From Mytilus trossulus (taxonomy: Eukaryota), in NCBI RefSeq assembly GCF_036588685.1, contig NC_086373.1, forward strand, positions 30,814,001 to 30,878,000: DNA of 64,000 nt. Direction: 5' to 3'. Positions 14,607 through 24,900 of this stretch are shown piece by piece. The notes beneath the pieces are model-generated. The model did not search any database. It saw only the letters and a program-made list of their open reading frames with translations, and was not told where the DNA came from. The stretch's first letter is position 1; every line of letters starts with the position of its first letter. Made by a program: the position numbers and the translations under genes.

Positions 14607-14886
14607 ACTCATCATAGATACCAGATAGGAATTTTGTAATTACGTCAGACGGGCTTTTTGTCTACAGAAAACTCATAAGTGACGCTTGAATAAGAAAACG
14701 TGTTCTAGATAAATTTCGAATTTGAAGAGCATTAAGAACCAAAAATTCCGAAATAGTTGCCAAATTCAGCTTAGGTAAGCTATTCATGACGTGGAAAAGC
14801 ATTAGTATTTCAAAAACTCAAAATTATATAATCAGTTATTTTATAATTATAACCATAAAAATGATAATTCAGGTCAACGCAGAAGT
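14607..14886 (-). mobile_element. Degenerate retrozyme-type repeat (hammerhead core decayed)
   Basis: ACTCATCATAGATACCAG...TACGTCAGACGGGCTTTTTGTCTACAGAAAACTCATAAGTGACGCT matches the better-preserved copies at 25670 and 41478. Confidence 0.7.
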
Positions 14887-15249
14887 GAAAAAATAAGTTT
14901 GAAAGGAAAAGACTTATCTGATCCCTGAAATGAGCACAAAAATACTACACCTTTGAACTTCCAATATGTAATTACTGACAAATATTTATTCAACAGGAAG
15001 AAAATGGGACATTTTTGAAAATATACCTTTCCATTAAAATACTAGATAATGCTACTAATACATGTATCTGACCCTTTTTTTTCTTTCTTTTTTTTTGAAC
15101 GAAGGAGGATCCTACTTCGTCAAGAAACTTATGTACCACTGATTCTTAAAATGAAATGTGAATTACATTTCAAAATATATCTCCAATGGCCTTTAAACTA
15201 ATAAAAAGACTATCAAGCAGAAATTATTGAAAAGTCAAATAATAATTAT

Positions 15250-15860
15250 CAAGGTAATTTTCAGTTTTGAAGTCATGTCAACGTTAACACTATCTTTATG
15301 GATTTTGTGCGATATTACATGTATAAAGAAATCAAATTTTCATCCCCCTCAAGCAATGTCGACTTTCAATGAAAATGGCTATATGTGTTTATGTCCTTTT
15401 GGCCATCAAGTATTCAAATGTTTCAGTTACTCTAGATCCTTGGCTTTCAAATACTCGGCTTTGGGCGTTCCTAATAAAGGCAGAAACATCAAAGCACTTC
15501 GTACGCACGAAATATTTGAATTGGGTTGTTCATTTTAATAGAACATGGTCAATATGCAGTTGGTAAACTTTCAGTCTCCGATGGTATCATCAATTCAGTA
15601 GTCATTAATTCGGTACTGATATAATCTTCGTGTTAAACAAACCTTTCCTAAATTGTACGTTTATAAAAAATTATGAATTCTTACCCCAGGTAAATTTGAC
15701 CCTTTATGGATTTAACCTTAATTTTTTTGTGGGGGGAGTCCTTGTGGTCATATAGCTCTTCAACCCTTTCGGTTCTTTAATATCTTAGGCTTTCAATTAA
15801 TCAGTTATGGATTTTCTGGATGAAGCTAATTCCCAAAAAAAGCGCTGATGACGCATGTAA
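15250..15860 (+). mobile_element. Two tandem decayed units of a second hammerhead-repeat family (~350-bp period); a third copy at ~48130-48420
   Basis: Related motifs GGCGTTCCTAATAAAGG...AAAGCACTTCGTACGC (~15463), TTCTGGATGAAGC...AAAAGCGCTGATGACGC (~15814) and GAGCGTTTGTTTGAA...GAAAAGCGTTCGGGACTC (~48361) sit within similar flanks. All cores are mutated. Confidence 0.5.
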
Positions 15861-15904
15861 TATGTATAATTTTTTTCTAACTTTTTTTCAGTCAAATCCC
15901 TAAT

Positions 15905-18900
15905 ATGCTTGGGAATATCTGCCTGTGCCTTATCAGCATTGTAATACATTATACAACAGCAACTATTCAATCATTATACTGTCCACCTACATATAATAAA
16001 TGTCTGTATGACAGAAGTAGCAATTCAAGACCAAAGGACGTACCAGGAGAGGAAATTGTCAGTTATTGCATTAATAAGTTTTTATGGGAAAATCCTCCAT
16101 TTGACTATAAGGAAGATGATGAAGTATTGAATTTTGTGAGACAAATGTTTGTTAAATCCCAGTTTGATAAGAAAAAGAAAAAACTGTTTGTTCGGAAAGA
16201 ATATAGAATGCTGACAAAGAAGGAAAGAGAAAAATACCATGCAGCTATCAATAGACTAAAGAATGATAAGGTAAAGAATTGTTTTATAAAAATATTGACG
16301 CGTACAGTTCAGTTGAAAATAACCATGTAAAATCTACCTGACAGGTAGAAACCAGTTAAGATCATGCCTTCATAATTTTGACCGTTATGGAATGACCGTT
16401 CCAAAGGAGGATATAGGACATGTTCCTTATGTCGTAACTTTTAACAAATGTGACCTACCGAATTAGACTTTTTGACGGGGTTTTAATAACATGAGCAACA
16501 CGACAGGTGCCACACGTGAAACATAGATTTTCGTATCCCAGGCAAAGATAACCTTAGCCGTATTTGGCACAACGTTTTGGAATTTTGGATCCTCAATGCT
16601 CTTCAACTTTGTTCTTGTTTGGCTTTATAAATATTTTGAAATTAGCGTCACTGATGAGTCTTATGTAGACGAAACGTGCGTCTGGCGTACTAAATTATAA
16701 TCCTGGTACCTTTGATAACTATCTGCTAACCCTTCCGGAGCACCCAAAATCAACCCCAGTTTTTGAAGGGGTTCGTTTTGCTAAGTCCTTAGTTTTTTAT
16801 GTTGTGTCTCGTGTACTATTATTTGTCTGTTCGTCATTTCTTTTATAGCCATGACGTTGTAAATTTATTTTCGATGTATGAGTTTGACTGTTCCTTTAGT
16901 ATCTTTTATCCCTCTTTTAGGACGATAAGGCACAATTTACAAAACGTACAGTTCTTTGAGAATAATAAGATAAAATACAAGATTGATATTTGCCTGACAC
17001 GTTCTGACAATGGGGACCAATGTTTTAACTAAAACATTGAAATGACACTGACACGTACAGATCGTTTTAATCAATTAAAGTTAAAATATTGTAGAAATAT
17101 TGTATAATGCTTGTTTGTTGTTTTAATTTAAATAACACACTTTCGTTGTCAGTTTGTTTTAGATTTATGAGTTTGACTGTCCCTTTGGTAGCTTTCGTCC
17201 CCCTTTTACAACTTTTTTAATAAACGTTTGTTATCATGTCAGCTTGTATTCTTTATCAAAAAGTCCTTGCTCTTACAGTGGCGGATCCAGGGGGTTGGGG
17301 TTCCGGGGGTAACCCCCCTTTTTTGGACGATCAATGCATTTGAATGGGGACATATAGATGGAACTGCCCCTTTTTTTCTGGGTTGGGAACCCCCCTTTTT
17401 AAATGGCTGGATCCGCCCCTGCAGACTTACACTTGCACTCTTTAACTGTTTCAAAACATATACTGTAAACCAACTTTCGCGAGTAGAAAAATAACGCGAT
17501 ATTAAATCGTCGCGAAAAACAATAACTTGGATCATTTCCTATGAAACTACATTAAGTAAATAAGTACATCGCGAAATTTAGTCGTCGCGAAGTTGGCTAG
17601 CTGGGAATAAACGCGAAATAAAGTATCCGCGAAAATAAGTTGGTTTACAGTATTTGAGTATTTGAGAATTGTGTGTTGATGGTAATTTTGTTTACCTCTG
17701 TTTAAACTATTTAAACTAATTCGTGACTCGAGACGATTGACACATCGCCACAAAATGGTCAGTTTATTTTCAACTTTGGGTTTGAATGTTCCTTTAGTAA
17801 TTTTTTGCCTCCCTTTGAAGAGCACCTTTCTTTCTACTGTCTTTTAATTTTTTTGTGTGTCGCTTAGTTGCTGTCTCATTGGTGTTTAACCCAGATCTTT
17901 TTTTATTCATAATACTTATAATTGCAGCTAACTATATTTCTTCTCTCTATTGCTTGTGTTTATATTGCAATCATAGAGGTGGGACACATGATTGCAGATC
18001 CGATCAGAGTAGCACATTTTGTTATGATAGACTCCAAAAGAGTATGTCCATTCTAAAAAAGATAAATTTTCGAAGGGAAACGAACAATTGAAAACTTTAA
18101 TCTGTTAGTTTTCAAATTGACTGATTGATTGATTCTGACCGCAACTGTTATCAAACTGGAGATAAAGGATACTACAGATACAGTTAAGTCGGCTTCATAT
18201 CTTGACTTACATCTCAAAATTGACAATGAGGGTCGGTTGAAAACAAAACTTTACCACAAAAGAGATGATTTCAGCTTTCCAATTTTGAACTTTCCATTTC
18301 TAAGTAGCAACGTTCCAGCAGCACCTGCATACGGGGTATATATCTCCCATATGATACGATATTCCCGTGCTTGCATTTACTATCATGATTTTCTTGATAG
18401 AGGGTTACTGCTCACAAGGAAGCTATTAAACCAAGAGTTCCAAATGGTGCAGTTGAAATCATCCCTTCGTAAATTTTACGGACGCCATCACGAGTTGGTT
18501 GACCGTTATGAAATAACCGTTTCACAAATGATATCGGATATGTTCCTTACGTCGTAACTACAATCCCCTTCCCTTTCATGCATGTGACCTACCGAATTCA
18601 TTAATCACATAAGCAACACGATGGATGTGGAGCAGGATCTGCTTACCCTTCCGGAGCACCTGAGATCACCCCTAGTTTTTGGTGGGGTTCGTGTTGTTTA
18701 TTCCGTAGTTTTCTATGTTGTGTCATGTGAACAATTGTTTTTCTGTTTATCTTTTTCATGCTTAGCCATGGCGTTGCCAGTTTGTTTTAGATTTATGAGT
18801 TTGACTGTCCCTTGTGTATCTTTCGTCCCTCTTCTATCAATGTTGGCTATTTTATGATGGGCAATATGCATTGGTTGAGGAATCCAGGGTGCTCGTAGAG

Positions 18901-21900
18901 ACTAAAAATTCTAGGCAATTAAGATTGGAGTCGATCACACCGGCCATGTAGTGCGGTGGCTCGACAACTAAGACCATGAGGGCTATGCTAGTTTTTAGAA
19001 TCTGTAACGAAAACAAGTGAACATATATTAAATAGTGAGTTTGCCTTAGTAAATTTCTTTATGTGAATAGGAATTTTTTCACTATTCAACGCTTATACCT
19101 AGTGTTAATATTATAGTTATCAAAGGCACCAGGCTTATAAGTTGATACGCCAGACGTGCGTTATCTAGAATAACAAAAACACATCTAGTATGATGGTGTA
19201 TAAAAGAATTAAAGTCATATGAAACCTCAAATCTAAAAAAATAATGCATATGTTTTTTTATAAAAAAGTAAATGGATAGTTTACATTATAAAACTTATGC
19301 ACTCATTTTTAGCTCACCTGGCCCGAAGGGCCAAGTGAGCTTTTCCCATCACTTTGCGTCCGTCGTCCGTCGTCCGTCGTCTGTCGTCGTCCGTCGTCGT
19401 CCGTCGTCGTCCGTCGTCGTTAACTTTTACAAAAATCTTCTCCTCTGAAACCACTGGGCCAAATCAAACCAAACTTGGCCACAATCATCATTGGGGTATC
19501 TAGTTTAAAAAATGTGTGGCGTGACCCGGTCATCTAACCAAGATGACCGCCACGGCTAAAAATAGAACATAGGGGTAAAATGCAGTTTTTGGCTTATAAC
19601 TCAAAAACCAAAGCATTTAGAGGAAATCTGACATGGGGTAAAAATGTTTATCAGGTCAAGATCTATCTGCCCTGAAATTTTCAGATGAATCGGTTAACCT
19701 GTTGTTGGGTTGCTGCCCCTGAATTGGTAATTTTGAGGAAATTTTGCTGTTTTTGGTTATTATCTTGAATATTATTATAGATAGAGATAAACTGTAAACA
19801 GTAATAATGTTCAGCAAAGTTAGATTTACAAATAAGTCAACATGACCGAAATGGTCAGTTGACCCCTTTAGGAGTTATTGCCCTTTATAGTCAATTTTTA
19901 ACCATTTTTCATAAATCTAAGTAATCTTTTACAAAAATCTTCTCCTCTGAAACTACTGAGCCAAATTAATCCAAACTTGACCACAATCATCTTTGGGGTA
20001 TCTTGTTTAAAAATTGTGTGGCGTGACCCGGTCAACCAACAAAGATGGCTGCCATGGCTAAAAATAGAACATAGGGGTAAAATGCAGTTTTTGGCTTATA
20101 ACTCAAAAACCAAAGCATTTTGAGGAAATTTGACATGGGATAAAAATGTTTATCAGGTCAATATCTATCTGCCCTGAAATTTTCAGATGAATTGGACAAT
20201 CGGTTGTTGGCTTGCTGCCCTCCAATTGGTAATTTTTAAAGAAATTTTGCCGTTTTTGTTTATTATCTTGAATACTATTATAGATAGAGATAAACTGTAA
20301 ACAGCAATAATGTTCAGCAAAGTAAGATCTACAAATTAAGGAGTTATTGCCCTTTATAGTCAATTTTTAACAATTTTCATTAATTCGGTAAATTTATGTA
20401 AATTTTTACCAAATATTTTTCTCTGTTACTAATGGGCAAGGTTCATTATAGATATAATTGTAAGAAGCAAGAACGTTCAGAAAAGTAAGAACTTCCAACA
20501 CGTCACCATCACCAAAATACAATTTTGTCATGAATCCATTTGTGTCCTTTAATATGCACATAGACCAAGGTGAGCGACACAGGCTCTTTAGAGCCTCTAG
20601 TTTAAAGAAAAAGTCTTTAAATTGTCCACATTTAGAAGAAGTTTACCTTTTTTTAATTGCTTGCTTCCAGGAAGCATTTCGCCGACCCTTCTCGTAAAAA
20701 TCTGGTGATCGCAATACGCATGGATCTGTCATTAAAATAAACTATTTACTGATTGTACATGTTAAACACGTGCTTATTATCCATGCTCTTTTGTTGATTG
20801 TTTACTTTATTGAGGTGACAATCGTTGAACTACGGCTTCAAAATACAACAGTTAAGTAGCTGCCATATTTTCACCTCATAACATACAGAGATAAAAAAAA
20901 TATTTGACGATTATACGATATGTTTGCGTAAAAAAATGATAAAATCATGCACTGAAGACTGAGTTTATAATATATACATGCATTGTTTCAAAAATTGGAT
21001 AGACATTATTTTTCACCAGTCACTCGTTTCATATGACTTTAATTTATTAAACTAAAATCTAGTGTAATTCCCGATATATATCTTATAGATTTATTGGGAT
21101 ATGATTGGTTAAAGGAGGTTAATACATATATTTGGTATAGGGTGTTAAAAAAACACGGGGTTATTTACCATAAAGGTTTAGTTACCATACGGGCTAAGTG
21201 AGTAGTTCTTTCCCTTTAAAAAAAATTCCAAAAAATCTGAAAGGTTTCAACCTGAGGCGAAGAAACTGATGATGAACGATTAAAATACATTTATGAAACA
21301 TATTTAAAGTTAGAAGGGTGTTACTGTTGGAATTGTATGCTAACAGTAACCACTGCTACTGGGTTTTATTTTGTATGAAGACTTAATCACTTTGATAGGC
21401 CGTTAGTCTAAATGCAACATGGGAAAATAGTATGTAAGATAAATTCATTACACGGTTTGATAGTGACCTAATACGATTTAAAAAGGGTATGTAAATTCCA
21501 TATGGGGATTTGCGCTTCGCCCTTATCCCAGTTGGAATTTTACAAATCCTATATATATCCTATTAGGTCACTTACACACCATGTAACTAATAATATTTAT
21601 TTCACTAAACCAAAAAAAAAACCTCATAATTATCAAGGTTATACTGGTCACAGTATAGAAAAACAAGTTTAAAATGTGAAAAATAAATCTGACTAAAAAT
21701 ATATTAATTAATATTGTTTGTGTTAACAAAATGTTTTTATCTTTTAGAGCCTGAAACCAAATGTGTATGATTGTCTTGCAAATTTCCACAGGAGTTCCTC
21801 TGTCAAAAACGCCCATTTTGGATCGGCATTTCTTCCGTGGCATCGTCTCTTATTAACCATGTAAGTATTGGACATTAGTATGACGACCATTTTCACTGAA

Positions 21901-24900
21901 CTAGTTCACAAATTTATGTTAAGGAGTCAGTTGAGACCCATTTCCAAATGCGAGATTTTCTCGCTGTGTTGAAGACCAATTAATGACCTTGGACTGTTTT
22001 CTGCTCTTTGATCGGGTTGTTGTCTCTTTGACACACTCCTAATTTTATTATCTAGTAGGAACAAAGCGGGTATGCAGTAGAATGTTAAGCAAACAACAGT
22101 CAGTCAATGCAATAGTCGATATGAAAAGAGGAGGGTTGAGATATATAAAAAAATCTAGAATAACTCCACTATATAACAAGTTAGGAACTTTTTTTTCCAA
22201 TTTAACCAATTTGGCTTAATTTTTTGTTATTTAATGTTGATTTTTTGGTTGGACAAATGGCATTTTTAGAGCTCGACATGTTTGGTTTTGTATTAATAAT
22301 CAAATACCGATTTTGATATCACACACGTGTACAAAACTCATCTGGTTTTGAGTTAATGTCCCTGTCAAACTAACAATTACAAGGCCAGAAACTCCATGAC
22401 ATTTGTGAAATATCCAAATCAAAAGATCATCTTGGTTAGTGTCGAAAAAGTCCTGGAAAAACATCATTTCGACTCGGTAATTTATTTTTTGTTTGCGAAA
22501 GGAGCTCCCATGTGCATTTGAGAATATCATATTCAAGCACGTGCAGTTCAGTGCTACGATAATTTCAATCAGCACTAGGCAAGGCATGTGCAGTAAGATT
22601 TGGTGTGTGATATTATAAAAAAAGTGGTATATTAAATTGGTGTTGCAAAGAATGACTATCAACTTACCTCCTATAAAGCTCAAGGCATATCATTGGTTAA
22701 AATAATACGTGGAAACACTTAATATTGTTATTACATTAAAACTGTCAGTAGGCATGTTAAAAGAAACTTGTTATATTTCAAATACATAGTCAGTGGGCGC
22801 GATATCTTTTGAATTCACAAATAGATGTAGCTGGTACTAGAAGTACGCTCCTTTAAAAAAAAATTATTGTTCTCAAATGAATATACATTGTAAACATACA
22901 TAATTATAATCTTTCAAGGTTTTTAGACAGACACATGTGTTACACTAGTTTTCTAATTTGCAATAATAAAAGGTTCTGAGTAATGTTGTGTTAAAATTGT
23001 GATACCAAGGGTCTTTGAAATTAAAATTGTTATTATTTCCATTTTTTGTATACAGCAGTGCAAATGAATGCTCTTAATATGAAAAACTAAATCACTTATT
23101 ATATATAGTTCACCAGACACTAACTTTTGATGCTTTTTAAGAGGAAACATATTTTAAAGTAAATCTGAAACACATTGGTTATACAAACAGCATGAATTAA
23201 AAAAAAACGGTTTTTAGTTGTCGATACGTCGAAAAGTCTAGCCAGCTCAGATAACATTTTTTTTCTTACCAGAAAAAAAGTTTTGTTGTTTAAATCCTGC
23301 CAAAAATTGTTAAAACATTTATTGGTTATTATTCTTGAAAATCACTAACTTTTATCGAATTTGACGGTTTGGAATTTTCAAAATCTTTAAACAAGTTGGT
23401 TAACAAAGCACATGAAAAAAGTAAAATTTTGGGTCCAAATTCATTTACCCCTTCCAAACCTTCTACAGACTAGCTTTGCATTCTTTTTATGTTCAATAGT
23501 CAAAGGAGTACTGTCCCAATAATAATTGTAATACATTTAATTAAGAAAAACAATAATATTCAGTATGGGGCGAATTCACATAACTTTTTGTCACAACTAT
23601 ATATTGGTTTCTCTCCCGAGACTACATAATGCACCTGTCATCAATAGCAGACGCTAACAGAATTCATTGTTTTGACAGTCTGTCACTATCTAAGTACTGT
23701 CTTTGTATTAATGTAGATTATCTATTAGCATAAGCTTGTACCAGGATTGATGTTCAGGTCATATCTTCTAGAATAGTGCCTTTTATATTTGAAAAAAACA
23801 AACAGAAACAGTAAGAAAGTACATAAACAAACTCTGTATCAATGACTTACCACTAAAACCATATTACTTCATTATTTAATCATTTATTCAAATCGAATTT
23901 CCCAAAACTTCCAAGATTTTTTTCTTAATGATGCCACAAGACACAATGGAAAGTAAAGTTGCTCCAGAACTCCTCCGACTAAGTTTATTGGTGTTTTTGC
24001 ATTTCGTGTATGAATGGTAGTTTTCTACCTTTTCATCCACGTCATTAAAAAAATATGTACTATAGTTTAATGCTTGGTGGTGTCAAACAAAGAAACAAAC
24101 ACACACAAAATTTAATACTAATCAAAGCGCCCACAAGCAGCAGAACAATCAACATTAATTACATACTAATGATTACAAGTGATTTAATATGTTAAAATAT
24201 TTATTAAGAATATTACAAAAATGCACAGTTTACTGGATCTGTTTGCATCATTTTTACAGCCAAATGTAAACAACATAAATACTTGATCCCTGTTAAATTT
24301 ACTGATATGTTAAAACACACTAATGACTTTTAAGATATGTGTAAGAGTTGTCTCCAATATACCAGGTCTACCCTCTTCAATATACCATCTAGTTGAATAT
24401 AAAGGATACCACTATATTAATGTTTCATTATTAAACGTTATTTTGATCGGCTAACGGCAATCATGAGTCATTCTGAAATAAACCCTCATTTGAAAATGAA
24501 ATGTAACATTAATGATTACACGAGCATCCACAATGAAGTGTACAAGTAAAAATTAATAGAAAACGTGATTTATAACCAATCAAAAAAATGTAATTATAAT
24601 TACTGAATGGTTATTAGTGATTAAATACGCAAGTAAAAAGTAAAATAAGGAAAATGCGAAAATCCGAGGACATTTATATACGGAAGGTTCCTAAGCATAT
24701 TGAAAAATCAAAAGCTCAAACATATCAATGAACGAATAACAGCTGATTTTGTACAGGCATTTTCTTATGTAGAAATGTTAGATTAAATCTTGTGTTATAG
24801 GTAGCTAAACTTTTCAGACTGTCGCATAAAGTTTCATTATATTAGCAATGAAGTGTAATCAAAACAAACAGACATGATTGTAATATCTTCCCATTTATAA

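Noticed and set aside
18560-18835. SECIS element in the Penelope-like 3' region
   Set aside because: No in-frame TGA in the remaining ORF and no convincing AUGA-AA-GA stem by eye. A SECISearch run would be needed.
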